This document shows positions 1 to 8,815 of a stretch of DNA of 51,657 bases, in pieces. A program made the position numbers and the translations under genes. The stretch lies in IMG/VR virus record IMGVR_UViG_3300045988_164158; one strand, given 5' to 3'. Each line of letters opens with the position of its first letter. Position 1 is the stretch's first letter. The notes below the pieces were generated by a model. It was given only the letters and a program-made list of their open reading frames with translations, did not search any database and was not told where the DNA came from. The DNA comes from a virus.

Positions 1-81
1 AACCGGAGCAACCGGAGCAACCGGAGCAACCGGAGCAACCGGAGCAACCGGAGCAACCGGAGCAACCGGAGCAACCGGAGC
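1..81. repeat. Tandem 9-bp repeat (AACCGGAGC) x about 9 at left window end, identical to the array at the right end
   Basis: Direct reading. On the minus strand it encodes (APV)n in frame with flanking coding sequence. Confidence 0.9.
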
Positions 82-372
82 AGAGAGAGTCTGTAGTTCA
101 GCTTTAACACGATTGTACTCTACATCACTGATACCACGTCGACGCTGCCAAACACCGCCGGAAGTCATTTTATGATTTGAACTGTGGATTCTTTCATCCC
201 ACGGCAAACCTTCTTTATCCAAAGTCGTAGCTTCACATTCTTCATCAGTTTCTTCACAATGTACCAGAGCAACCGGAGCTATTTTCTCAACAGAATTAAC
301 CGGTTCCTCAGTTAAAACTTTTGCAATTTTTAACAGCTCATTGACTGTCAATTCTTCAAGTGTAATTTTCAT
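1..372 (-). CDS. N-terminal part of a repeat-containing hypothetical protein that continues beyond position 1 and resumes at the right window end (51301..51657). First gene of the minus-strand replication operon.
   Basis: ATG at 370-372 (minus) with AAGGA Shine-Dalgarno 8 nt upstream. Open frame MKITLEELTV...GLPWDERIHSSNHKMTSGGVWQRRRG...LSAPV(APV)n runs into the terminal repeat. The frame is continuous with the right-end segment. Confidence 0.6.
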   Translation of the reverse strand, partial: MKITLEELTVNELLKIAKVLTEEPVNSVEKIAPVALVHCEETDEECEATTLDKEGLPWDERIHSSNHKMTSGGVWQRRRGISDVEYNRVKAELQTLSAPVAPVAPVAPVAPVAPVAPVAPVAPV

Positions 373-387
373 TTCATTTCCTTATAG

Positions 388-422
388 TTAATGTTGACAT
401 TTAACATTAACTGTTTTACATT
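388..422 (+). promoter_or_regulatory. Divergent promoter region with an operator-like 8-bp inverted repeat overlapping the -35
   Basis: Inverted repeat TTAATGTT(388-395)/AACATTAA(403-410) flanks the TTGACA (394-399). A 17-nt spacer is followed by the -10-like TACATT (417-422) upstream of the 457 gene. The palindrome reads identically on the minus strand, toward the replication operon. Confidence 0.4.
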
Positions 423-456
423 GTTGTTAAACAGATTGCAAGAGGAAAATTTAAAA

Positions 457-1053
457 ATGTCAAAAATTGTTATAAAAAGTGAAGATTTATATAGATTTTC
501 AAAGCTTGTGGATAACGAAGAATACATAAGAATAGAAATTAAAGACCGTAAAGCTTTTATGATTGCAAGCAACGAGATTATAGCCTGTGTAAAATATTTA
601 AAAGGTTCTTTCGGTACTGACGAAATTATATATATTAAAGTTGATGAAAATTTCAGAGAGAGAATGAAATTTGATTCAAAATTTTCAACATCTGTAATAT
701 TAGAAACTGTACCGGAATTTGGCCTTGCAACATTAAAAACAGATAAAGATATTTCCGAATCACTCATATATCTTGATGAAACTTTTTATGATGAATGGCG
801 TTCTTGGTTTGTCGAATCATCAGAGAATAAAGGGTTTATGTTTTGGGATACTTATCAAATAATTAAATTGTTTGAATGTAGTCCTTCGGGACAAATAACA
901 TTTCCGGCAGTTATAAACAGCTCTAGACCTGTTTTATTAAGAGATATTACCGATTCAGAGTGGGTTGGAGTATTTATACCTACCGCAAAAGATGATAAGA
1001 AAAGTAAACCCGCTGAATTGCCGGAGTGGTTAAAAGATGCCGATAAAGCTTAG
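457..1053 (+). CDS. hypothetical protein, first gene of the plus-strand helicase operon
   Basis: ORF with AGAGGA Shine-Dalgarno 10 nt upstream of the ATG at 457. Its end overlaps the helicase start. No recognisable motif. Confidence 0.45.
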   Translation: MSKIVIKSEDLYRFSKLVDNEEYIRIEIKDRKAFMIASNEIIACVKYLKGSFGTDEIIYIKVDENFRERMKFDSKFSTSVILETVPEFGLATLKTDKDISESLIYLDETFYDEWRSWFVESSENKGFMFWDTYQIIKLFECSPSGQITFPAVINSSRPVLLRDITDSEWVGVFIPTAKDDKKSKPAELPEWLKDADKA

Positions 1054-2683
1054 AGATTATCAGCAGGAGGCTGTCAATAAAATTTATGACAGTTGGAATC
1101 AAGGGAATCGAAATGTATCTTTAGTGATGTGTACGGGATTAGGTAAATCTGTCTGTATGTCTTCTATAGCCCTTAATTTTGATAACCAACACAAACCTGT
1201 TGCAGTTGTTGCACATCGTAACGAGCTTGTCAGTCAAATGTCCTGTCATTTAGCACGTGTGGGTCTTTATCATCGGATAATAGCTCCAAGAGCTGTTGTC
1301 GGGCAAATTTCAAGAAAACATAAAATTGAATTTGGAAAATCTTTTATTAATCCATCGGCATTATCGGCAGTTGTTGGTGTTGATACATTAATGGCACGAG
1401 CCGATAGTTTAAAAAATTGGGCGCAGCAAATAGCTTTGTGGGAGGTTGACGAACAACATCACATTACTCGCGGCAATAAGTGGGGTAAAGCTGTTGAAAT
1501 GTTTGTCAATGCCCGTGGGCTTGGTGTAACTGCAACACCGAATCGAGCTGACGGTCAAGGATTAGGTCGATGGGTCGATGGTGTTATGGACGACATGGTT
1601 TTAGGTCCTTCAATGCGTTGGGCTATTGAAAATAATTTTCTCGCAGATTACGAAATTGTCTGCCCTAAATCAGATTTAAATGTTGAAGACAGCCCGTTGT
1701 CTGCGAATGGCGATTGGTCTAGTCAAACTTTGCGTAAAGCTGCTAAAAAATCACGAATCATCGGGGATGTAGTAACAAATTATATTAAATATGCTTTCGG
1801 TCGAAAAGCTATCGTTTTTGCTACTGACGTTGAAACAGCTGAAGAAATTTCAAGAGATTTTAACGCTCACAATATAAGAGCGGTTTCACTCAACGGTAAA
1901 TCGTTACCGGCATTTAGAGAACAAAGTTTAGATAATTTTCGAGATGATAAATTACAGGTACTTGTCAATGTAGATTTGTTTGATGAAGGATTTGACGTTC
2001 CGAGTTGTGATGTTTGTATTATGGCCCGTCCCACTGCTTCACTTGGTAAATTTTTACAACAAGTAGGTCGTGTATTGCGTCCTGCACCTAATAAAACAGC
2101 TCTTATTATCGACCATGTTAGCAACGTTATTCGACATGGTTTGCCGGATATGCCCAGAGAATGGTCCTTAGAACGGCGACAAAAAAAAGCTAAATTAACT
2201 AAAGACCCGGACGAAATAGAACTTACGGTTTGTAAAAAATGTCTTAAACCTTATGAAAAATTTAGAACTCAATGCCCTTATTGCGGGGCTGAGCTACCTG
2301 TACCAGAATCAAAATCTCGTACAATTGAAATAGTTGCTGGTGATTTGGTGTTATTAGATAAAGCAACCTTACAGCGCTTGCGGCAAAATGCAATGTTAGA
2401 AAGTCCGGGAAATATAGCCGCAAGAGTCGCAAAAGCCGCTGGACCAATAGCTGGTAAAGCCGCTGCAAATCGTCAAATGGAAAAGATAGAAGCTCAGAAT
2501 GAATTAAAAGATACTATTGCTCAATGGGCAGCTATCGAACGTGAAAAAGGATTTAACGACAGAGAAATTTATCGGCGTTTCTATTTGTCGTTAGGTATGG
2601 ATGTGTTAACCGCTTTAAACGGTACTAGAACACGTCAAGATTATTTAACAACAGCTGAAAGAATTAAAGGATGGTATGAATGA
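1037..2683 (+). CDS. superfamily 2 DEAD/DEAH-type helicase with a C-terminal zinc ribbon
   Basis: Motifs seen: LRDYQ (Q motif), CTGLGKS (Walker A/motif I), EVDEQHH (motif II variant), VTATP (motif III) and QVGRVLRP (motif VI). A C-terminal CxxC...CxxC (CKKCL...CPYCG) is also present. Confidence 0.85.
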   Translation: MPIKLRDYQQEAVNKIYDSWNQGNRNVSLVMCTGLGKSVCMSSIALNFDNQHKPVAVVAHRNELVSQMSCHLARVGLYHRIIAPRAVVGQISRKHKIEFGKSFINPSALSAVVGVDTLMARADSLKNWAQQIALWEVDEQHHITRGNKWGKAVEMFVNARGLGVTATPNRADGQGLGRWVDGVMDDMVLGPSMRWAIENNFLADYEIVCPKSDLNVEDSPLSANGDWSSQTLRKAAKKSRIIGDVVTNYIKYAFGRKAIVFATDVETAEEISRDFNAHNIRAVSLNGKSLPAFREQSLDNFRDDKLQVLVNVDLFDEGFDVPSCDVCIMARPTASLGKFLQQVGRVLRPAPNKTALIIDHVSNVIRHGLPDMPREWSLERRQKKAKLTKDPDEIELTVCKKCLKPYEKFRTQCPYCGAELPVPESKSRTIEIVAGDLVLLDKATLQRLRQNAMLESPGNIAARVAKAAGPIAGKAAANRQMEKIEAQNELKDTIAQWAAIEREKGFNDREIYRRFYLSLGMDVLTALNGTRTRQDYLTTAERIKGWYE

Positions 2684-3009
2684 TAATAAACGATAATTCA
2701 ATAATGCTTAACAAAATCCGGTGGGACATTAAATTTGTCTCTGAAAACAATGATGTTTTGGATGGTAACAGAGGTGTGTGTTGTTACAGAACTTCAACAA
2801 TTTATATATTAGAAAGTCTAAAACCTAGTGAAAAATTATTCACTTTATTTCACGAATTGGCTCACGCTCTTTTAGCAGAAACTGATTATAATATAGAAAT
2901 TAAAGAAAATTTAGGTAACAATTATGAAAAATTTGTTTCTTTATTAGGCGCTAGAATATATGAACTTTGTGAACAAATAGAGCTATCTCAATGCGTGAAT
3001 CAGCGGTAA
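2680..3009 (+). CDS. SprT-like/ImmA-like HExxH zinc metallopeptidase domain protein
   Basis: HELAHALL motif preceded by GNRGVCCYRTSTIYILESL, which resembles the SprT-like core. Start overlaps the helicase stop (ATGA). Confidence 0.45.
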   Translation: MIINDNSIMLNKIRWDIKFVSENNDVLDGNRGVCCYRTSTIYILESLKPSEKLFTLFHELAHALLAETDYNIEIKENLGNNYEKFVSLLGARIYELCEQIELSQCVNQR

Positions 3010-3374
3010 CATCTCATATTCGCCTCGCGGCTGCACAGCTTAATTGCCCTCTTTGGCGCAATAACTGTGGGGGATTTTATGATGATACCGGTCGTTTTGT
3101 TCGATACGGTTTAGGGTCGGAAGCTAAATTAGCTTCCAGTGATTTTATCGGTATTCGTCCGGTGCTTATAACACCTGAAATGGTTGGACAAGTTTTAGGC
3201 ATATTTACAGCCGTTGAAATGAAAGCTGAAAATTGGCATTTTAACAAAAATGACAAACACCTCTTGCAACAAAAACAGTTTATTGATATTATTAAACAAT
3301 ACGGGGGGTTAGCAGGATTTGCAACAAGTGTTGAAGATTTTTATAGGATTATAAAATATGTCGATAACAAATAG
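2991..3374 (+). CDS. VRR-NUC domain nuclease (PD-(D/E)XK superfamily)
   Basis: SDFIGIRPV...VEMKAENW...QQKQF...GGLAGFATSVEDF pattern is typical of VRR-NUC. This domain is commonly paired with SNF2/SF2 helicases in phages. Confidence 0.55.
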   Translation: MRESAVTSHIRLAAAQLNCPLWRNNCGGFYDDTGRFVRYGLGSEAKLASSDFIGIRPVLITPEMVGQVLGIFTAVEMKAENWHFNKNDKHLLQQKQFIDIIKQYGGLAGFATSVEDFYRIIKYVDNK

Positions 3375-3645
3375 TATGAAAAAACAAGGTGAACAAACAA
3401 GAGAATCCATCCTTGAAACTGGATTAAAACTTTGGCCGAATGTTACACCTACAAGTATTGCTAACACCTTAAACATTTCTCATGGAACGGTAATTTATCA
3501 TTTCCCGGATATAAAAAATGCTGTGGCGGAATATGCTGTTAAAACGGGGAACTCTCGAGTAATTGTACAATTACTTGCGATGCGACACAAAGCTGTTAAA
3601 GATATGAACGCCGTTGAACGCATAAAACATTTTACAGCCATATGA
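3358..3645 (+). CDS. short TetR-family-like HTH DNA-binding protein
   Basis: TRESILETGLKLW...TSIANTLNISHGTVIYHF resembles the TetR N-terminal HTH. The protein is only 95 aa, so it lacks a full ligand domain. Confidence 0.4.
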   Translation: MSITNSMKKQGEQTRESILETGLKLWPNVTPTSIANTLNISHGTVIYHFPDIKNAVAEYAVKTGNSRVIVQLLAMRHKAVKDMNAVERIKHFTAI

Positions 3646-4201
3646 TTTCCGGTCTACCTGTAAATCCGTGCATCCATATAAACCATGCGTAACAAACCGC
3701 GCTTTTTTCTTTAACCGGAAAGAGGCCGTTTTTGCTCGATGGTATTCGTTCAGTGAATACACACACATATCGAGGGGGAAACCTGTCAAAAAATGCCTTG
3801 CGTTTCACAGATTCTAAAAATCTTATGTTTAAAAAATGGCAAGCAACAGGTACGAGTTCTATTGACCGTTTAACGCATTCTAAAGCGTGAGAATAAGGTG
3901 GATTAGTAATTATAGCATCAAAAGGTAAAGAATCATATAAAGTAGGTTTAAGAAAATCAACACCGCCGATGCCATATCCACGATTGATTAAGTCAGTAGA
4001 TACTACTTTATGACCGAAAGTAATAAGAGCTTCTGAAAGATGACCCCGTCCGGCACATGGTTCCCAAATGTATTTACCGCCATCGAGCCAACTAAGCACG
4101 GATAATAACGGCGGAATTGCTGAAGGGTGTGTAGCGTAGAAATCATATTCTTCGCGTTTTTCACCCTCTTTCCGATATAAACCGTGCATGTTACCGCTCA
4201 T
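3632..4201 (-). CDS. DNA N6-adenine methyltransferase
   Basis: Motif I-like IWEPCAGRGHL and catalytic motif IV IITNPPYS are both present. Confidence 0.8.
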   Translation of the reverse strand: MSGNMHGLYRKEGEKREEYDFYATHPSAIPPLLSVLSWLDGGKYIWEPCAGRGHLSEALITFGHKVVSTDLINRGYGIGGVDFLKPTLYDSLPFDAIITNPPYSHALECVKRSIELVPVACHFLNIRFLESVKRKAFFDRFPPRYVCVFTERIPSSKNGLFPVKEKSAVCYAWFIWMHGFTGRPEIIWL

Positions 4202-4231
4202 TTATATATTCTCTCCGATATTATTGTCTGA

Positions 4232-4271
4232 TTGTAAAATGTATAAGCGTAAACTTCCTTACATTTTACAA
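4232..4271. promoter_or_regulatory. 12-bp perfect inverted repeat (TTGTAAAATGTA ... TACATTTTACAA) with a 16-nt spacer immediately upstream of the methyltransferase gene. Candidate operator or 5' hairpin.
   Basis: Direct reading. No flanking T-run on either strand, so it is not a canonical terminator. Confidence 0.4.
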
Positions 4272-4304
4272 AATAAAATATAACTTTATTACCGTTTATA
4301 AATT

Positions 4305-4547
4305 TTACGATTTATCCACATTATAAGTACTTCCACAAGCTACTATCAAATCTTCATCGTATGTTGGATTTTTACCTTTTCCACATCCGATATATTTTTT
4401 AATTTCATCGGTTATGGTATCTTTAACAGTAACAATACCTATACATTCTATTTCACCTTTATTAATATAACAGTATGTAGTAACAGGAAACCAGATAGAA
4501 TCTAAAACAATTAAATGTTCGTAACCAGCTTGTTGACATTTTCGCAT
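4305..4547 (-). CDS. hypothetical protein
   Basis: ORF whose internal ATG at 4547 has a GGAG Shine-Dalgarno 10 nt upstream. The track ORF's first ATG lacks an SD. Confidence 0.35.
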   Translation of the reverse strand: MRKCQQAGYEHLIVLDSIWFPVTTYCYINKGEIECIGIVTVKDTITDEIKKYIGCGKGKNPTYDEDLIVACGSTYNVDKS

Positions 4548-4699
4548 ATTAAAAATTCTCCTAACAATTACCAACACCTTATAACCCTTATTATTCGCTG
4601 TCAAGTATAAAATTATGCAATAATGTATAAAAATGTAATTGACAATGATTAATAACAGTTATAGGGTGTTAGTAATTGTTATTAAATTTGAGGTATAAA

Positions 4700-4885
4700 A
4701 TGGATAAAAAAACATTAAATCTCACAGAGTTATCAATCTATATCGGCATCAGTCGCCGAACTCTCTATAACATGATACAGGACGGTCGATTCCCCGTTCA
4801 ACCAATTAAAGGTTTAGAACCTAAACGTTGGAGTGTTGAAAAAGTTAATGAATGGATAGAGAGTAAAGGGAATGATAACAATTAA
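4700..4885 (+). CDS. AlpA-family HTH transcriptional regulator / excisionase-like protein
   Basis: LTELSIYIGISRRTLYNMIQDGRFPVQPIKGLEPKRWSVEKVNEWI matches the AlpA/Xis-type HTH signature. A TAAATTTG motif and possible TTGACA lie upstream. Confidence 0.6.
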   Translation: MDKKTLNLTELSIYIGISRRTLYNMIQDGRFPVQPIKGLEPKRWSVEKVNEWIESKGNDNN

Positions 4886-4977
4886 CGAACTTTTTTCGGG
4901 ATTGGGAGCACAGATTGCCGCTTTCAAACGTCTTAATATACCCTGTGAAGTAGTCGGTATTTTTAAGGGGTTATTCG

Positions 4978-7236
4978 ATGACAGATTTTAACCTTACAAC
5001 AGCTTATATTACCTCTCTTACCGGTAGTCCTGATACATCTTGTTTTTGGCTGCTGATAGACGAACATAATAAAAAAAACCCGCCGGTTATTATTTGCGAT
5101 TCGTTTGACAACTGTAATCAAATTTTGAAACTTTATAATGATTCTGGTTATGGTGTTTTTATAGCTATTAACTCTATTCGTTCCGGCTGTCCGAGAACAC
5201 TTGAAAATGTTGAACATGTTCGAGCACAAGTAGTTGATATTGACAACCCGTTGCAAATGCAAGACAGTTATAACAGAGCTATACAATCGGCTTGCCCACC
5301 GCATTTTGCCGTTCAAACATCGCCCGGTCACATTCATCTTTATTGGTTAATAGAACCATATGTAGGAAATGATTTTTTCAAAATTCAACAACAAAAACTT
5401 AATCAGCTTTATAATGGGGATATGAATGTTACTGACGCTACAAGAGTCATGCGCGTTCCCGGGTTTAATCATTGTAAAAGCGTACCGCAACTTGTAACAT
5501 GTTGGGGGATTCATAGCAATCCACGATATACAACGGAACAGATGCAAAATTATCTCGCGGATGTTAACATTGTTGAACATAATTTTGGGCTTCGTAAAAA
5601 ACTTGGTAACGAAATGTTACAGGCACCAAATTTTGAATTGTTGTTGAAAGCTTTGTATGATATTGACCCAAATGAACTTTTTCGAGATGAATGGTTGTCT
5701 GTTAGTGCATCGTTCAAACAAGCCGGGTGGTCGTTAACAAACGAGAATAACCTTTATACCGAATGGCTTAAATGGTGTTCAAATTATAAAAACAATAATC
5801 CAAAAGAAAACAAAACACTTTGGAACTCATTGAAAGAAACTCAAATCGGTTGGAAAAGTTTGCTCAGAAAAACTGAAAATATTCAACCTGTTGTTTATTT
5901 TGGTGAACGAGCTGAAGAAGACGAAAAAGAAATTGAAGTTTTAGGCAATGTGCTCGATGAACGCGGTAAAAAAATATGGTTTAAAAATTGTTATTTTGTC
6001 GAAAGTGAAGGGCGTATTTTTACTTCCAGTGGTCGATTTATGAATCAAATACAATTCAATGGGCGATACGGCGGCAAGGAATTTACAATTAAAAGCGCCG
6101 GAACAAAGCTTACAGACAATCCATGGAAAGCCGCTTTAAGCAGTGTTGACTGGTCCATACCAAAAGTCGACCATTGTCGTTTTTTACCTCAAGAACCTAC
6201 TTTTTCAATCATTCATGATGATTTAGGTCGCAAGGGACTAAATACATATATTCCAGCAAAGATAAAATCTATCGAAGGCGATGTTAGTAAATGGAAGGAT
6301 TATTTGTCAAAAGTATTTAATACACCAGAGGATGTTAAAATATTTGAAGATTACATTGCTCATTGTATAAAATTTCCCGGTGATAAAATTCCTTGGTCTG
6401 TTTTATTACAGTCAACCAAAGGTGTCGGTAAGCAAATGATAGGCGACGTGCTTAAACATTCAATTGGTGAAATATATACTTACCAGCCTGATGCTGAAGA
6501 ACTTGTTAGCGGTGTTAGTCAGTTTAACGGTTGGATGCGTAATAAACTTATGATATTAGTCGATGAAGTGCGTGTCGGTGACCGCAATGAACTTATGAAC
6601 GGGCTTAAAACTATCATCACTGACCGAAGAATTGCTGTAGAATCTAAAGGTGTCGATCAGCAAATGGAAGATAACGTCGCTAATTGGATATTTTTTAGCA
6701 ACTTCAAAGATGCTTTTCCAATCGACGAAAACGAGCGACGTTATTGTATATTTTACAGTAAATTACAATCAGCCTTGCAATTAGAAGAAGTTGGGATGAA
6801 TAAAAATTACTTCGATTCAATGTATAACTGGCTTGAATGTGAACATGGATTTGAAAAAATTGCATGGTATTATCTAAATTACCCGATTGAAAAAGGTTCC
6901 TTGTCGCATAGGGCACCACATACTTCAAGTTACGAAGAAGTGTTGAGAATCGGTAGAAGCCCCTTGCGTGTTATTCTTGACGATAAAATCGAAGCTGAAG
7001 AACGCGGATTTCGTGGTGGATATGTCAGTTTTGTGATGTTTCAAAAAGCCGTTTTAGACAGTTCTATGCGTACTAAACCTGCCGAGCATACATTGAAAGC
7101 TATTCTTGAAGGAAGGGGTTATCACGAGCTTGGACGGACGATAAAACCTATCCCGGGTGAAGATTTAACACATCCGAGTTTGATATTCGGTTTAAAGGGC
7201 AAAAGTATTGATGGATATGAAGATGCGCAAGGATAA
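4978..7236 (+). CDS. bifunctional primase-polymerase (PrimPol) / SF3 (D5/P4-alpha-like) helicase
   Basis: N-terminal PrimPol motifs VVDIDN, SPGHIHLYW and RVMRVPGFNHCK. C-terminal Walker A STKGVGKQ with downstream SF3 helicase architecture. Confidence 0.8.
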   Translation: MTDFNLTTAYITSLTGSPDTSCFWLLIDEHNKKNPPVIICDSFDNCNQILKLYNDSGYGVFIAINSIRSGCPRTLENVEHVRAQVVDIDNPLQMQDSYNRAIQSACPPHFAVQTSPGHIHLYWLIEPYVGNDFFKIQQQKLNQLYNGDMNVTDATRVMRVPGFNHCKSVPQLVTCWGIHSNPRYTTEQMQNYLADVNIVEHNFGLRKKLGNEMLQAPNFELLLKALYDIDPNELFRDEWLSVSASFKQAGWSLTNENNLYTEWLKWCSNYKNNNPKENKTLWNSLKETQIGWKSLLRKTENIQPVVYFGERAEEDEKEIEVLGNVLDERGKKIWFKNCYFVESEGRIFTSSGRFMNQIQFNGRYGGKEFTIKSAGTKLTDNPWKAALSSVDWSIPKVDHCRFLPQEPTFSIIHDDLGRKGLNTYIPAKIKSIEGDVSKWKDYLSKVFNTPEDVKIFEDYIAHCIKFPGDKIPWSVLLQSTKGVGKQMIGDVLKHSIGEIYTYQPDAEELVSGVSQFNGWMRNKLMILVDEVRVGDRNELMNGLKTIITDRRIAVESKGVDQQMEDNVANWIFFSNFKDAFPIDENERRYCIFYSKLQSALQLEEVGMNKNYFDSMYNWLECEHGFEKIAWYYLNYPIEKGSLSHRAPHTSSYEEVLRIGRSPLRVILDDKIEAEERGFRGGYVSFVMFQKAVLDSSMRTKPAEHTLKAILEGRGYHELGRTIKPIPGEDLTHPSLIFGLKGKSIDGYEDAQG

Positions 7237-7253
7237 AATAATATAAATAAAAA

Positions 7254-7290
7254 CCCCCTTCAGGCGGATTCGAAAGACCTAAAAAGGGGG
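7254..7290 (-). terminator. rho-independent terminator (bidirectional hairpin, T-run on minus strand) between convergent primase gene and early minus block
   Basis: CCCCCTT...AAGGGGG stem with A-run before and T-run after when read on the minus strand. Confidence 0.5.
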
Positions 7291-7353
7291 TTAAGCGCGC
7301 TTTACATTTTTATATTAACTTAAAATATTTAAAATGTCAAGAAATATATAATG

Positions 7354-7815
7354 TTAAACAGTTTTCCATCGTTTAATAGGTTTCCATTTTGTCGAACATT
7401 CTTTTCGTCCGTTATCATATCTAAAGCCTGTTTTTTCATAGATATTAACATGTTTAGGTAAAATTTTAGGCCGGTAACATTCTTTAGGTTGATAATCATT
7501 TTCGGATATTTTTTTTGCCAAAGCTATATCCTCTTCTGTTATAGATTTTATATGATATTCGATAGTTGTATGATTAAATTTAGCGACGTCCCCTGCAGCA
7601 AGTTTCGGTAACTTTTCAATTACACAACATATATAACAATAAATTCTTTTAGGTTTTGTTTGATTACTATAACGCCCTGAAAATACTAATTGAAAGTAAT
7701 TTTCAACTTTTTTTAATATTTTTTCACATTTTTTTCTTGAATATTCTTTTCTACATTTCATGGAACAATAATTTTTATCAAAAGATGTTTTCACACCACA
7801 GTTAAGACATTTCAT
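7354..7815 (-). CDS. Cys-rich protein whose C-terminal half resembles the IS1595 transposase C-terminus (HTTIE...LPKHVNIYEKTGFRYDNGR). Probably the displaced 3' part of a decayed transposase.
   Basis: Motif resemblance to the hTNtiE / fRyNnR tail of ISXO2-like transposases. The ATGA overlap with the upstream ORF suggests a former single gene. Confidence 0.4.
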   Translation of the reverse strand: MKCLNCGVKTSFDKNYCSMKCRKEYSRKKCEKILKKVENYFQLVFSGRYSNQTKPKRIYCYICCVIEKLPKLAAGDVAKFNHTTIEYHIKSITEEDIALAKKISENDYQPKECYRPKILPKHVNIYEKTGFRYDNGRKECSTKWKPIKRWKTV

Positions 7816-8507
7816 TTCCCCTCACTTTCGCCGTTTAAGGCTTTATTAATCATATACGCAAGCCCTTCATCTTTAGCAAATTTTACTGCTGGGATACATT
7901 GCTTAAGTAAATCTTTAAGCTGGTTAATCTCTTTAGTTAATGACGGAGCTTGAACATTATCAACCTGTTTGGCATTTAATTTACCTTTTCTTTCAACCAT
8001 ACCAACAACCGGTATTTTATCTTTTGTGCTACGTCCTTGAGATTGTTCTACCTTTTTACAAGAATGTCTGTTTTTATTTTTCCCACCGATATAAGTTTCA
8101 TCAATTTCAACATCGTTATCTAAATGATTATCATTTTCAATACCGAAGCACTTGCGAATCCGTTGTAACATAAACCAAGCTGTTTTCTGGGTTACATCAA
8201 TATCCTTAGCAAGTTGAACGGACGATATTCCTTTTTTATGAGATGTTATTAACCAGATGGCTAAAAACCATTTTTTAAGAGGAATTTTAGTATTGTCAAA
8301 AAGTGTACCTGTTTTTACATTGAAATATTTTCCACTATTTGCACAACGATACCGATTGTTTTTACATTTATAAACTTTTGAAGAAGAATCAAAAGGGCTT
8401 GTAACATATCCATTCCAACGTAAATCTTCCAGATGAACAATCATGTATTGTTCATCTGGAAAAGCTTGCATTAGTTCTAATATTGAATTAAAATCTCTAT
8501 TAATCAT
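7812..8507 (-). CDS. IS1595-family transposase, N-terminal part (Zn-ribbon plus start of DDE domain), truncated
   Basis: YKCKNNRYRCANSGKYFNVKTGTLFDNTKIPLKKWFLAIWLI (Zn_Tnp_IS1595-like), then VEIDETYIGGKNK...IPVVGMVERKGKL (start of the ISXO2-like DDE domain). Ends before the remaining catalytic residues. Confidence 0.55.
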   Translation of the reverse strand: MINRDFNSILELMQAFPDEQYMIVHLEDLRWNGYVTSPFDSSSKVYKCKNNRYRCANSGKYFNVKTGTLFDNTKIPLKKWFLAIWLITSHKKGISSVQLAKDIDVTQKTAWFMLQRIRKCFGIENDNHLDNDVEIDETYIGGKNKNRHSCKKVEQSQGRSTKDKIPVVGMVERKGKLNAKQVDNVQAPSLTKEINQLKDLLKQCIPAVKFAKDEGLAYMINKALNGESEGK

Positions 8508-8554
8508 AGTGTAGATCCCTTTTGTTTGTAGTAATAATGCCGTTTAATTTTGTC

Positions 8555-8815
8555 TCATGAGTTGTCATTTTTTACCTCAAAAATACGTTTAACATCAGTG
8601 ACCGAGTAACCAACAAAGCAATACCGGTCAATTATTTCATCAAAATACTTTTCGCTAGTATAACCTTTTTCAATGAGTATTTTCACAAATCGTTTATCAA
8701 CGCCTCTAATTTTCTCATCGTAAATATCAAGCACAACAGATTGACGCTTTGACGTTGGATTAAAAATAATCATTCCGGGCGTTGGCAATAAACCGATTTC
8801 AGTTAGTGTTTTCAT
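8555..8815 (-). CDS. hypothetical protein
   Basis: ORF with a strong GAGGGG Shine-Dalgarno before the ATG at 8815. Confidence 0.35.
   Translation of the reverse strand: MKTLTEIGLLPTPGMIIFNPTSKRQSVVLDIYDEKIRGVDKRFVKILIEKGYTSEKYFDEIIDRYCFVGYSVTDVKRIFEVKNDNS

Larger units (their letters stand above)
7354..8507 (-). mobile_element. decayed IS1595-family (ISXO2-like) transposase locus split into two ORFs. Possible IS remnant with weak terminal inverted repeats near 7331-7346 and 8561-8576.
   Basis: The upstream ORF has the Zn-ribbon plus VEIDETYIGGK start of the DDE domain. The downstream ORF has HTTIE and FRYDNGR C-terminal motifs. Confidence 0.45.

Noticed and set aside
1-81. Possible CRISPR array at the contig ends
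   Set aside because: The 9-bp units are perfectly tandem with no spacers, lie inside a coding frame, and no cas genes are present.
369-767. 132-aa minus-strand track ORF
   Set aside because: It lies antisense inside the plus-strand 457..1053 gene, which has a Shine-Dalgarno and is translationally coupled to the helicase. Its composition suggests a shadow ORF.
1867-2468. Two minus-strand track ORFs (85 and 68 aa) inside the helicase gene
   Set aside because: Shadow ORFs antisense to a motif-supported helicase.
4605-4700. Integrase/repressor lysogeny module around the AlpA-like gene
   Set aside because: No integrase, CI-like repressor or att-like repeat was recognised anywhere in the window. 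The AlpA-like gene is more likely a regulator of the adjacent primase operon.
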